A DNA stretch of 64,000 nucleotides, from contig JAQGDQ010000130.1 of the NCBI GenBank assembly GCA_030141605.1, forward strand, positions 124,001 through 188,000, written 5' to 3'. Below the pieces are notes generated by a model. That model saw only the letters and a list, made by a program, of their open reading frames with translations. It was not told the DNA's origin and made no database searches. This document shows positions 43,101 through 56,636 of this stretch, one piece after another. A program made the translations under genes and the position numbers. This DNA comes from Tubiluchus corallicola. Lineage: Eukaryota; Animalia; Priapulida. Each line of letters starts with the position of its first letter. The stretch's first letter is position 1.

Positions 43101-44689
43101 AAGGCCTACAAAAACCAGTAAATCAAATAATATGCAGTTGTTCGCTCAAGTTATGACATGTGCAAGTTAGTCCAAGTTACATGTTTTGACTAGAATAAAC
43201 AAAATCCAGTTTATCAGGTACGTAATATACTAATATACGTGAAACTAATACATTATGTAGAAGTTACTACAAAAACAGTAATCAAAAATAAAACATGCAA
43301 TTTAATAATTAACTACAGACTTGTATAAGTCATGCAAAAAGATTTAAACACACATACTCTACATGGCATTAGTTTAACAAGAACATCATGCACTTCAGCT
43401 CCATCCATCAGCAACTTTGCTGTAAAAAATAAATAATTGCCAAATATAATCAAACATGCAGACACTGCAAACAGCAAGAAATGCTATGCACACAATTTAC
43501 TAGACACACTAAGGACTGATTAGTGAACTCACATATCAAGCCGACATACTAAAACACTTAAAACAGTGAAAGTTGTCAGAGTAAAAATATTTGATTATAC
43601 TGCAACTTCATCAGCAGAAAAGGGATGTACTACATTACATACTAAACAGTGAGTTAAAACTTTCTAAATATCTAGATTAAATCGATTTTCAACATGCAAG
43701 CAAGCTACACAAGAGAAGAGTTTACAAGTTATAGATTAAATGTTCACAGCTCAAGTTCAGATGCTTTGGTGCCCAATGATAGCTGGCACTGATGCTATAG
43801 ATTCCAAGGGTTGTTTATGAGCAAAACCATCAAAAAATGATTATCGCATTGTTTATTTTTTACATCAATGTTACAGTTACATGACACATCACTAGACCAT
43901 ACAGAGTAGTCAATGGAATTAATACTTTTATACTTATTAGTCAAATTTTCCACATATGCTGAGGAATATGTGTTGTAATAAAATATAATTAGTCCAATTT
44001 CTTACGTAGAATTTTTTAGCCATTGTAAGCACAATAGTAGCTAACATAATCAATTGCAAAATGCACTGATCTATATAGTTGCTGTAAAAACAGTGCAACT
44101 GGTTGAAAAGGTGTAAGTGTCTAAGTAATTTACTAGGCTTGTCTAAGCTTTTTAAGGAAATTAAGAGTCAGACACAGACCTCGAAAAAATGACTGTGTTG
44201 TGCAAAGAAAAACAATAGTCCAATACAAGCAAACATGCCACAGAAAAATTGTGAAATTTCAAACGCTTTACCTTAAATAAATGCGTGGGGAACAAACACA
44301 TAATAATTTCTCAATCACTATTTAGCTTACCTAACCTATTTCCACGAACCGGTCCATGACAAAAAATTGTAACGTACTTGGTTTTTGTTGCCATAAACTG
44401 CCTAATATTAGTCGCCTAAATTACAAACTTAATCTAACTGCAATAAGTTAACAAAGAGCAAGTGTAAGCTCAAACTGTTCCACATACTGACTGGCCTTAG
44501 CATATCATATTTTCAAATTTATTATAAGTAGTTAGAATCCCGTCTCAGACTAGAGACTTACGTAGTATAGAGAGCATTATGTAATATTATTATTACGCAG
44601 CCGTGAGCTAGAAAGGAATAATATTAACATGAATAATTAGGCAGTTCACAACAATAACTCAAAATCTAAAAACGACGAGACATTTAGTT

Positions 44690-44990
44690 CAACTTACTTT
44701 TGCGTATTGGCACTGCTTGGTTTAGCTGAAGTTGTTATCTCATAGTCACTGAAACATATTTCTGTCACTAACTTCATTATCAAAACTCACAGAACGATAT
44801 ATTTGCAAATTTTCCCATCGCTTTCTTCTTGGCAATCTTTGTGAAACCATACCTGATGACGTAAATTGAGAACACACTGGGGTGATCTTCGCTTGCGAAC
44901 CGAAAGGAAAAATGGGATTTAAAACCTAACAGCGCCGTCACATTATGTAACGGGAGCGGGGAGCCCGTGCGCAGTATTCACATACCAATA
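44690..44990 (-). promoter_or_regulatory. Candidate promoter and first exon(s) of the MARCH gene
   Basis: Local GC/CpG-rich patch at 44880-44975 just past the SEC24 3' end, a CRE-like TGACGTAA, and donors CAG|gtatgg (44852) and AAA|gtaagt (44697). Confidence 0.4.
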
Positions 44991-47455
44991 TTCATTCCAA
45001 TCTCACATTTAACCCATGTTGCTTCTGAAGGAATTGTTTATCTTCTGTACGTAATTCTTGCCCTACACAGTCACACTACTCTAACAATGGCTGTCGACTG
45101 TAACCGATGCCACTGAACAAAAAAGTATTACTGTATACCGTCTACTACTTTTCAAAATTCAATGTATATACAAAGAGGCTGAGATTAAATTTGAAAAACG
45201 CCACTTAATCCCTTGGAAATAGGCTGTTTAAAAATTAAAATTTAGAACAACACAGGCCTAATGCATGCAGTACATGTGTACATAAATTTTGTACAAATTT
45301 GCTTTTTACTAATAGTTAAACACTACAAAGTGCTAATTTCCAATTGCTGTGTATTATTTAGAGCTGTTTGAGTCACATTGCTAAATAACCTTGATGAATG
45401 CTCTAGTGCATTCAAAATGCACTAACCTTTAGGCATTTAAACATTTTTCTATTAAAAAAATCTAGAACATTTCTTGTGAAAGTTTAACTAAAAAATGTTC
45501 CTTCATATTATTTATGACTAATGAGTTTTACAATGAAATTTGAAAAAAATGTGTAAAACCTACAAAATTTCCAGTTTTGTAAACAACGCGATGAAAAGAA
45601 CTTTCTGAAACCAGGACGTGGCACAATTCCCTCAAAGGTACACGTCTATGTAATTATGAATCACACACCAGTGTGCACTGTTGAAAATTCAATTGTCCAT
45701 GGTACAGTTGACAAACCATTATAATATCTTTAATGTCTATTTTAAACAAAATCAAAGTATTTAGTAATCAATCAGATAAACATTATTAATACTGTAACAA
45801 TATTTATTTTTCAATCATTACATTTCACAAAAGTAATCCAATGAATCCATACTATAATTATGCAGAGAAAATTGGTTACCGTCCCAGAAACCCATGATAT
45901 CTCTATAAGTAGTTTACATGTAGACGAAGCTTTATTCCAAACTAGTTTACATATAGATGAAGCTTTATTCCAAACTGTTATTATACACAAACTATAATAA
46001 AAAACCGTTTAAATTGTTGTACAATATTGAACAGATTAAGAAAAGTGCTCAAAAAAAATTTCATGCAGTAGTATTTAGTTATATCATTAAATTTACTTTC
46101 AGCATACAGATTTAACTAATATGACAACCATTGAATAAATTAAACGTTCACTTGCTACACTGTAAATGTGATATTGTTGATACATACCTTTCTAAAATTA
46201 TTCACTTTTCATAAAGTTTATGTACCTGAAAAAACTACTACTTATATCCAAACGTGGAATTTGCAATGTTTTTAAACATTTTAGTGCCAAACGTTCTCAC
46301 AGGTGACAAAAATCATAATAAACCTACTTGAATAAATGAATTACTCAAAAAATGGCAGTTATGTTAATTTCAGTAAGCAAAAAATTCAGCGACTCCTATT
46401 TACCGCTTTTGCAGTTTACATACTACCAGTGGTTAAAATCTTGAATGCAATATTCGTAAACATGGTAGCCATATTACTGTGCAATTACGTGTCTTTTAAT
46501 TTTGAACCTCAAATTGTTCAAGCCATAACAATAATGCTATTTTCACATTCATTACATTATCTACGTTACTACTAACAGTCTAACATAATCAAAGTTTCCA
46601 ACATTAAAAAGTGCTGATATTTTGCGCCCAAACATTAATAAAAGACAAGATAGGTGTACTAGTTATATATTAAGCCAATATTTCTTTAACATAAATATTA
46701 AAATTTTTGTATTAACTACAATTAAACATTGTAGTTATTAACTACAATTAAACGCTGTAGTTAATATTACTATGAAAAAACCATTGCCTATATACAAGCG
46801 CCCGAACCAAACACTAACATTCAGTACAAAGTGGTCATATTAATCTCTTAATTTACATTTACCACACAAAGAAACTTAGTCAAATAAGATAAAGCATAGT
46901 AACCAGCATAGCCGGGAATCAACAATAGAAACATGTTTATAATTGTGCAATACACATTCATCAGTAACAAAAATATCTTTGTTTAAATTTATAGTTCAGA
47001 TAATCAAAGTTATAACTCCTATGAAACAGTGCAGACTGACTGACTGAGTGACACACCCACAAGCCTCAACAAAGGAATAGACAGTTTTTGAACAGTTAAC
47101 CATTCTACCAAGACTAAAAATAGACAGCTGTAAATTTGCTCTTGTATTCAATTTCTGTATCACTTATTTAAACCACTATATGTTCAAAGGAAGTATATAC
47201 TTTTTTATCAATATATAGGACAAAATCAGTTCATTTGTTGCCTTTAGCAGGCTATACATTGTTTGTTTCATTACACAAAATAGTTCATTTTTTTGTTTAA
47301 TTAAATGACTCACACACTAGGTGTCACTAAAGATTACACCGTAAGAAACATTTTGAAAGTGGCAGACCAACCTCTGACCTTCCCAAAACACAAGACTTGA
47401 AACAGCAATTTATACAAAAATGGGATTATTTAAAACACTTATCAAACAATGTTCA

Positions 47456-47596
47456 TTAGTTAAGCAAATTACGAATTTCTTTATGCATGTGACACAGGAA
47501 ATCGACATAGGAGGCACTGCCATCGTTTCCACGATCTTCCACTAAGAAGCGCCTCAAGACGGCTTCGAGCTTGTCACGTTGGCGGATAATCACCAG
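47456..47596 (-). CDS. SEC24C: SEC24C/D last coding exon
   Basis: tttcag|LVIIRQRDKLE..FLVEDRGNDGSASYVDFLCHMHKEIRNLLN*. Confidence 0.95.
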   Translation of the reverse strand: MVIIRQRDKLEAVLRRFLVEDRGNDGSASYVDFLCHMHKEIRNLLN

Positions 47597-47980
47597 CTGA
47601 AAATTGAAAATGTGGATGAGTAATGAAGCAGTTACAACAGTTAACAGTCAAACAGGATTCGCACCTACTGTTCTGCAATATGGGAAATATCGGAAAAAAA
47701 TTTAGATAACAGCAGTAAAGTAAGAAAAATACATTGCCAAACTAAAATGGTAAATCACATTTTCCATGCAGAAGGCAGTGTTTAATTCTACGGCCGAATC
47801 ATACCAAGGACTTAAAAAGTAATAATCAAGTTTTTCTATAGTTTGTTGAAATAATTTGTCATAAAATTTCATTTTGATGTTAATAAATTTTATTATGTGA
47901 GCACTTTAACACATGAAGCCTAGTTTGAAGTACCTCGTAGAATAATAATGTGCAGGTAAAATGACCCAGATAAACTTTAC

Positions 47981-48174
47981 CTTCATAGATCTATGGCGTT
48001 CTGACTGGATTTCACTAACAATTCCTCTTATTCTTACAGACAGCGGATTATCCAGATCCACTAGTTTCGTCTTATCTGGATCAATATGTGCAGCTGACTG
48101 AATGCTGAAAACCTTCTGTAACCAATCATGGCTCACATGTTGGCCAACCCAGATGAACATTTGCACGCCATTTT
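47981..48174 (-). CDS. SEC24C: SEC24C/D exon (gelsolin-like domain)
   Basis: ttag|ENGVQMFIWVGQ...RHRSMK|gtaaag. Confidence 0.93.
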
Positions 48175-48845
48175 CTAAGAAAAAGAAAATTAGGTCCATA
48201 AAAATGTAAATGACATAAGCAACTCTGACACGACTGCAAGTGGTCAATATCTTTAGGTTTTACACCAATAACATAAGACTCGACATTTCACCTTTTGGTT
48301 TTTGACTTTTTGAATGACTTTGAATAATTTCAGGTGTTTCAAAAATGTGCAATATTACATTTCATTGCTCATCTTAAAAACAAAAGCCTTCGTTATCCAC
48401 CATGCTGCTTAGATTAAACATCCAAGAAAAATACAACTACATCACTGTTATAAATCACAATTCACATATTCGGGTTCAGATATTTTCTTAAAACTTTCCT
48501 TATCTGATAAATAAAGGTCAGGATTTGGTTACCTATCTTACAATAAAGGTCAAATGTGAAAAGGCACAAAAAGGTCACAATTCAAAATATGTAGAAAAAG
48601 GCAAAAATCTAAGTAGAGTAGTACAGCTGGAGATCAAAAGGCTATATTGTGAAAAACTCCAAAGGTGGATTGAGCAAAAAGCCGAAAACATCCTCAAGAC
48701 CATTTACGGGAATGGATGTACGGGAAGGAAAATTCACTGTGTAAAAAGTAAGCAGGATTATTCTGTTGATTAGCCTGTAGTAAATGCATACCTCTTAAGT
48801 GGCATACCACAAACTAAACTGCTGGAACTATGAAACACAGCGTAC

Positions 48846-49037
48846 CTAGCAAGTAGACTCCGTCATCTTTAAACCTTTCTATGGAACAGCGGATGGCAGT
48901 GGGTAGCGTTTCAGCTTTTACGTTGACGTCATGCAGAGGTATCAGCTGCGGATAGAAGAACGGAACAGAACTTCTGACATCCATGGACATGACCTGCTGC
49001 ATTAGCCAACTTCTGTCATCAGTGTTAAGATCAAGAC
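48846..49037 (-). CDS. SEC24C: SEC24C/D exon
   Basis: AAG acceptor; LDLNTDDRSWLMQQV..FFYPQLIPLH..GVYLL|gtacgc. Confidence 0.9.
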
Positions 49038-49277
49038 CTTCAAGTAAAACAACAGTTACACAACAATGCAGAAAGGCAAAGTGATATCAGTTCAATTCAG
49101 TTTCGTTTATTGGCACAGCAAGAACAACAATTCTGCTTCATAGCAAAAAAAAGAAAATAGCAGTTGAACTTAGAAAATCAAAACACCATTGGTACTGCAT
49201 AGTTCCCAGGAACCAGACCTTGAGCATATATAGGTAACATAACAGTAAGTGTATGAAAAAAGATATAAATTGAGATT

Positions 49278-49619
49278 CAGTGGCATAGCTAAAAGGGGAG
49301 CAAGGGGAGTGACCACTCCCACGAGCACCTTTTCAACAATTTTTAAACTCTTTAAGTTACTTATGCGACAAAAGTCGAATCTTTTTTTATTTCTTTTTTA
49401 ATTGCATGGCCTTGGAAGAATTTTCTGGAGTCATTACTTTAGACATGATTGTCTAATAGTAGGCCTACTGTCAAAACTGCAACACTGTATCTTCCTCATG
49501 TTTTGATTCTAAGCACAAAATTAAAATGTATAATCAATACATTAAATACTGTTTGATATGTGTCAATGCGCGTTATTTCTGCTTGCTCCCTCGAACTTTA
49601 GAACCTGGCTGCGCCCCTG
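49278..49619. mobile_element. hAT-like non-autonomous element
   Basis: Termini cagtggcatagcta / ctggctgcgcccctg; ttgaga on both flanks as an imperfect TSD. Confidence 0.6.
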
Positions 49620-50967
49620 GTTGAGAAAGATCGCGAAAATTAGACCACGGCCGTATTGAACGTAATGTTATACAGAGAAACTAATGTGCAACACTTGCGA
49701 CCATTGGTCATTTAAAATTCAAAACCAAAACTGCAAGAAGGGCTGAAAAATTAACAGGTTAACTATGGCAGGACACACTTAAACATTTTCTGCTACCATT
49801 GAGCAACTAATTTCTTTGGGAAATGATTGACAAATTATTTGCACAGTTACAGAATACACTTAATGAAAACATGGTATTTTACCCAACTGATAATTACGAG
49901 TATTATTTCTACGAATGTTGTTTTTCTCAGCAGTACTCGGCAGCGTTCTCGTTGCCTAGCAACCCACAGCAAATTGCTTTCTCCTAATGACTAAAGCAGC
50001 TTAACCAAATGTTTTTCAAATGACATTTGCAGGCAGATGACATGAAGATAGTATATTCATAGGTTCAAATGTTACAAGATAATTAGAATTTCATGTGATG
50101 GAAGATCAATTTGTATGTTAACATAAGTGAGTAAAATATAAACAAGTTCTTAGAGATGAGAAATCTATTGCATACGCTCACAAAAGATATAACAAGACAA
50201 TTGGAAAAAGAACTAAATAAAAGGAGGCTTAGATAACCATAAGACATTACAGTGAACAACTATAAGACATATTTTTATTGACTGTACTAGACTATAAATT
50301 CATAATACATATACTGTATTATAGCTGATCAACCACTTTGCTTTCTAAACTGTTATAAACCTATTTAAAACAATCCAACCCTATATTACAGACAAGGTTG
50401 AAATGCAAATTCTAAATCACTCAATAATTAAATTATATCTACATCACTCCACTTTTGTGTTTAGTACAGGTTGAAATTTCGCAAATATAATTACAATTTG
50501 TAGTTGTAATTTTATGAAATAGGCTTCCTTTATGAGCAAACTAAACTTATTATCCGCAACGTCTAAAGCAGAAGAATCTCAAAACAGCAGCACTACAATC
50601 GCAGCTATGCTCAACAGACAACGAACTGTTAGAACTGCTCACAAATACTAAACTGAAGCTGTCTTGTGGTCTGCCGATGACCATTTTGAGTATTGTGCAT
50701 TGTCTGACAATGTTATGAAGTGAATTATGAAGCCAAACAGACTTCACAAAAATTTCAATAGGCCAATTACCCTTCCCAATACGTAGTTAGTGGTAAAGGT
50801 TCCAGTCCTTAACTTCAAGTGAGGGCTCACTGTTCAGACAACTTGTTAAAAATGTCTGTTATGTAAATGAGCTCTTAGTAGAGTTTCCTGTATATTTGAT
50901 AAAGATAACTAGCAACTTGTTATAAATGGCTTCAACTACAAAGATGTGTAGCATAAATTGCTCTACT

Positions 50968-51173
50968 CGTAGTCATTGTCATTGTCGTCATCGTCATCAT
51001 CATCATCATCATCATCATTATCGTCATCACCAGGCACTCATTACATCTATTGCAGACAGTAGGCAGACAGAATTCTAAAAGAAATCTGCCCTCAAGGTGG
51101 GTAAACACAGCAGTAATCCAGTAAAAAAACTGGACACTAGTATGCTAGTGGCTTGTCAGTACCACTTCCGAGT
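50968..51173 (-). mobile_element. (GAT)n-tailed retroposon insertion with a 12-bp TSD
   Basis: aattgctctact at 50956-50967 and 51174-51185; (CAT)n at about 50975-51028. Confidence 0.88.
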
Positions 51174-51224
51174 AATTGCTCTACTAAAGTGAAAATGAAT
51201 GTGGGAAATCTTTTTAACATTTAC

Positions 51225-51555
51225 CTTGCAAAGCGTCACTTTTCAGTACGCAGTTCACATACAGAGGCAGCAGCTTCATGCACTCTGGTAGGATAAGCTG
51301 ACCGGCCGACGACGGACTCGCACAATTCCGTCGATACGTAGCAAGAATCTGAGACGTTTTCTGTATTAGGCTTTCCTTCAGCTTCTGCGGTGTCAGATGT
51401 ACAATGGATTTGACGCACTGCTTGGCAAAATAGTTAATCATTGTGTCCAACTCACAGTTTTTGTACATGTCTGCCAGCATGCTACAGCAGTTTAGTGAAA
51501 GATTATGCAGTCGTAGTCGACGTCTGCCACCCACGCTTGTAAAAAGAGTAGCCAC
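51225..51555 (-). CDS. SEC24C: SEC24C/D exon (beta-sandwich end and helical domain)
   Basis: VATLFTSVGGRRRLRLHNLSL...YRRNCASPSSAGQLILPECMKLLPLY; the LIL motif is diagnostic of the C/D clade. Confidence 0.96.
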
Positions 51556-52520
51556 CTGAAAGAAAGCAAACATTTTCTGAAGCAAGGGTGAATAAAAACC
51601 ATTTTTTTTAGAATTCCGTGTACTGCAAGCATAACTTAACTACAGAGCCTTTTAATAATACTGAATGGATGTGTTGAGACCAAAGTTATTGTCAAAGAAA
51701 ATCCTCTGAACTGAGGCACTGAACAACCAGGTATGTCTTAAACCAAGTTTGAATGTGAAATTGTGCATGTGATGAGCTGCAAGAACTTAAGAACTACATG
51801 GTATATATACAAAACAAATATTGGTCAGCTATTATCAAATTCAAACATGGGCTAAACATAATTTCAACATCAGCACAAATTATAAGCATTGCAAATGGAA
51901 ATACAAGAGTGGCGCACAGAAAATATGCCAACTCAGTTCAGTACAGAGGGTACAAGTTCATCATTAACTGAATTTTGAAACCAAGCTTGAAAAACAGTAA
52001 ATGTGAAAAAATTGCAACACATCTTGGATTTGAAATAGGCATCTTATTATGAAATATTCTAAATAATTAATTAATTAAGCATTGCTCCTTTATCTAAAAC
52101 CTGTACAAACACTCATATGTAAATCACTAAACAGTATGTATCACTGTTACATCAAAGTAATAATTTTTCATATAAAAGTAATGAAACTAACTAAAAGTTG
52201 TGATTTCTCTATTGAAAAACTACTGATAAAAAATTGAAGTTCACTCTTTCTACTAAACTTTCCAAACCACTGAGCATATTTATGACAAGCCAAATGATTT
52301 ATCTTTGCAGAAAGCAAGTAATAGCATCTACAATTTTCAATCACCCTACCAAAAGCAACTGGTTTAGCTTTAAAGTGGAGTAACCAGTTCAAACAATAGC
52401 AAGTTATCTTAACACATTAAAGGTGTTAAAGGTGGACTGAAACATTTCCTAATATTAGACTTGCCCTTGCTATTAAACAGCAAACTAACAGTAAAAAAAT
52501 AGATGATTTTTCTTTGTCAC

Positions 52521-52763
52521 CTGTATGAAAGCACCATCCTCCTCCACCAATTTATCATCATGTCGAATCTCAACGGCTATCGCTTTGTCACTATCTAGTG
52601 ATGCCAGTTCAATGTCAGTCGTGTTTGACATGTAAAAATTGCCTAAAAATTCAACTGGACGAATACCAGTACTCGTTCGCACACGCATTATGGCGTCAAA
52701 AACGATTGGTCTTTCCAAGTTGTGTTTCAAGTCTCTAATGAACCGCTGACCATCTAAGTCTGC
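52521..52763 (-). CDS. SEC24C: SEC24C/D exon (beta-sandwich)
   Basis: ADLDGQRFIRDLK..FDAIMRVRTSTGIRPVEFLGNFYMSNTTD..AFIQ|gtgaca. Confidence 0.95.
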
Positions 52764-53383
52764 CTACAAGAAGAGCAGTACTTTGACTTTTTTACACTAT
52801 AATTAATTCATTTAATATACAAAAACATTCATTATATATATATATAATCATTTCTTTTTAAAGAGCAATATAATGTTTTGTTTTAATGCAAAATGAAAAC
52901 AATCTTAACATTCTGTACACAATTATTATTTATGAAGTAAATTTAAAACCACGATTAAGCTTAACATACTTTGACTAAAATCTTAGTAAAACAGCAATGT
53001 ACACAATAGTTGCAAATGGTACGTTACCTTATAGTAATTTCGAATACTTTAAATTAATTATGGTAGTGCCAAAGCACAAGGTGAAGTTTTAAAAGCAACT
53101 TGAAAGCGTCCAAATTAATAATTGTGAACAAACTGGGTCACAAGTTTTTCCACACGTTTCAAGTGCAACCAACTTAGCCATGCACAGAACATATACAGCT
53201 TTACGCCTGAAACTATAGCTATAATTAAATGAAAAAGAACCAATTTCCAGGGTGTAATTTTTTTGTTAAATTTTTTACTTTAAACTAATGCTGTCAAATG
53301 AAACTTATAAACAGTAGGAGTGGTTTATAAAATCTACTGCTAAAACACCTTTGCCACCAAAATCTGATCTTTCCCTTCACAAT

Positions 53384-53672
53384 CTTACCTGAAATAGTTG
53401 TACCTAAACAGCTAACCACCAGTGACCTCACTATCTTACCTGGAAATAGTTGTATCTATACAGTTGACCACCATTGACCTCACTTTCTTACCTGGAAATA
53501 GTTGTACCTATACAGCTGACCACTAGTGACCTCTTACTTGGAAACATACAACTGACCATCAGTGACCTCACTACCTTACCTGGAAATAGTTGTGCCTATA
53601 CAGTTGACCACCAATGACCTCACTATCTTACCTGGAAATAGTTGTACCTATACAGCTGACCGCCGGTGACCG
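53384..53672 (-). repeat. Tandem array of 42-52 bp units copying a SEC24 exon 3' end plus splice donor
   Basis: Six units of GGTCAC/T..GGTCAGCTGTATAGGTACAACTATTTCCAG|GTAAG. Confidence 0.95.
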
Positions 53673-53802
53673 AACATATTTCTCCAACTGTAGCAATGTC
53701 AATGTAAGCATTTGGGAACAAGAAGAGATCAACACTGCAACCAGCTGAAACACATTCCTGACCTAACTTTGTATAAAAAGGTGTCTGCGGAGTTAAAATT
53801 GT
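53632..53802 (-). CDS. SEC24C: SEC24C/D exon (trunk domain)
   Basis: TILTPQTPFYTKLGQECVSAGCSVDLFLFPNAYIDIATVG..GGQLYRYNYFQ|gtaaga. Confidence 0.95.
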
Positions 53803-53940
53803 CTGAAATGGAAAAGACATGAGTAAACAGGTAAGCAAATAATCGCAACACAATGCATTTCCTTATTTTTGCAAAAACACAACACATCCAAATAGCAATA
53901 AGTGAGTAATGCTGACAAGTTTTTAATGATGTGTATATAC

Positions 53941-54057
53941 CTTTTCCTTATCCGTTCCTAGTAGCTTCCTGTCATCCCGATTCTTCAGTTTTCCCGGAGC
54001 TTCTGCTATAGGCAAAGAGGAGTGGAACACATAAAGCTTTCCCGGACATTCAGCTGC
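53941..54057 (-). CDS. SEC24C: SEC24C/D exon (trunk)
   Basis: [39 protein letters not shown]|gtatat; absent from the ORF track. Confidence 0.95.
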
Positions 54058-55502
54058 CTAGAAGAACACACAAATAAGAGAAATTACACCAGGGAACATA
54101 AGCGTGTTTTAAAATTCAATACTTGCCAAACTGTAAACTTGTCAAAAGTTTATACAAATAGTACGACAACATTCAATGATTATATCTTCACGAAAGGTTC
54201 ATAACCCACACTGGCACCTAATCAAGCCAATGTTTCGTTCATGATACACGAACGAAATATAAGAATGACTGCTATTCGACACACGAACTGAACAAACAAA
54301 ATTTTACACATTTGCTATAATACAGGAACGAAACAAATGAAAAGTTGGAAAAATAACTCCAATACAGGAAAACCAACAGCAAAAAAAATTTACGAGTTTA
54401 TGAAATAGCTTTAATAATAAAACTACCAACTGAAAGATGCCATGATTTTATCTAATCATACAGGAAATATGGCACCGCATTCTGAAACCAGACTTACGAT
54501 AACGGTTAGTCATGGATATCTTTACATATGCGGCAGCTTAATCAGCCACAAAATTTTAGATTGCAAGATAAAGGAGCTAACCAAGTTTATCAATAATTTA
54601 CTCACTGTTGTTTTTATTTATTTAAGTAGATGAGAATAGAAGTTTCGAAAGTAGATGTATATGCATGTAGAAGCTGAAGAAAGTAGATGATATAAACGTG
54701 TAGATTAAAGCTAGATGAGAAAAAGTAGATGTTTCAAACACTAAGTCAAGCAATTTCAGCGTTACACATATACATATTAAGAACTCTGACAATAGTTTTA
54801 AACTGTCATTCAACAACCTTGATTTTAAGCGACATAAGGAAGTTATAACAGCCATTTCTACACATTCTGGTACTCTGTAAGCCAGATCCAGCATTCATCG
54901 ACGGGATCTGCTTGTCATATTCCTATTGGTCTCTGTCTAATAAACCAGTGCTTACTTATAAGCATCAAAAGTTGTCTATCTTCTTCTTAAAACCACTAAA
55001 GTGGGGTTAATACATTTTTTCGTGAAAAGGAAAAATTTGTATGCTATTAATATATATAATTTTATTCAAATTTATTAGGTATTATAACAGTGCACATTAT
55101 TATAATGTTGTAATGTACTAATGTTGCAATATACTTAATGATATAATAATGTAATGTAATGCACATTATAATGTACATCTTTTAAATGAGCACTTGGCTT
55201 TTTCTGGCTTGAGAAAAATTACAAAACTACTTTCAACAGCAGTTTCTTCATACGCCCTCTGTTAAAAGAACTCTTTTAATGTTTCACTACATAAGAAATG
55301 TAAGAATATATACTAATAGTTTATTCAATAAAATTGCAGCAAAGCAGGATTAACCCACTTTAAAGTGGATATAACAGGCAATACGTAACAGGCAACAATA
55401 AATAGGAGCAAGAAAGCTAATTTTGAAGTAGCCACTGCCCTCTAAAGAACAGAATATATCAAGACATTTACAAACAAACAGATGTTGACTGAGTATTATT
55501 AC

Positions 55503-55709
55503 CTTCAAGGCATCTAGACCAGCTTGTATGACAGGCCCCAAAACTGTTTCAGTTTCCCGAGTCTCTGCAAACATCTGCGGAATCTGTTCCAGCAAGCTAT
55601 CTACAAGCTCTTCTGATTCGTGCAAATTGACTAGGAACCCATCTAAAAGCGGCAGGAAAACATCCTGTACGTCGGCAACGACCATCATCTGTGGCTGAGT
55701 CAGACCGTT
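55503..55709 (-). CDS. SEC24C: SEC24C/D exon (trunk)
   Basis: NGLTQPQMMVVADVQDVFLPLLDGFLV..VLGPVIQAGLDALK|gtaata. Confidence 0.95.
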
Positions 55710-56636
55710 CTGCAGATACAATTAACTATGATTCATACACAACAGATTAACCGAATATGTCAACAAATATAATCATGCTAAAGAGAGTTAGTAAATAAAG
55801 CAAAAGTCTGGTTGTAAAGCATGCATGTGACACAAGACTCAGATAAAAAGACTCAGAAAAAACTTGCAAAATGTATTATCAAAGAAAAAATGAATTATAG
55901 ACAATAGTGCATATTACAAACAGAGGTCCTAGAACTGAATGTTATCTGTTGAAAGTACACTAAGGAAACTAGCGTACTTACATAGCTAATTTTTTCCCAG
56001 TAAAAAATTTTATAGCTGAACGGCAAAAAGGAAAACTAGTAATGAACTACGAGTTTTCAGTTTGTGTCTTATATTATATAAATTAGTGTTCTTAAATAAT
56101 TGCACATATTCTTAAATAATTGGACATAGGAATTTTGACATTAATTCATTTCTAAAATGTATTTAAAGCCTTTGCAGTGCACACTAGGTATCACACTATA
56201 GTAGTAACACTACACCAGTCGGATAATAGATTCAGTCTGTTAATTGCATCAAAACACTTTCATCCCATTGTGTCACCTACTGTATTGGAATTCACTTATA
56301 TAAATATCAGGGAATACCCTAGTATCAGTTGTAAATACTGTTTGGTGTAAATTGCAAAATAAAATTATGTTTAAAATTAATACGTAAACTGCTCAAAAAC
56401 GGACTCGTCAATTCTCAATTGTGGTTAATAGGAGAAACTTTGTGCATGATATTCAACTGTGCTGTAAAAGAATGGAGACTGCACAGTGCACAATTACCAC
56501 TCATATTATGAAAAAGAAACATAGCACAAAAAAGCTAAAAATACCAGGCTACACTAAATGAAAAGTTATATAATTATTTAAATATGACAACAAACGGCAA
56601 TTGTTCTACACATTTTCCCACAAACTAGGAACACAC

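Noticed and set aside
48270-48700. AAGGTCA cluster in a SEC24 intron as a nuclear-receptor enhancer
   Set aside because: Occurs with inverted counterparts near 48280-48320, which looks like a decayed transposon.
53384-53672. CRISPR-like array
   Set aside because: No unique spacers; units are copies of the adjacent exon end in a eukaryotic gene.
54600-54960. 90-aa minus-strand ORF in a SEC24 intron as a nested gene or extra exon
   Set aside because: SEC24 is complete without it; it resembles a decayed LINE 3' end.
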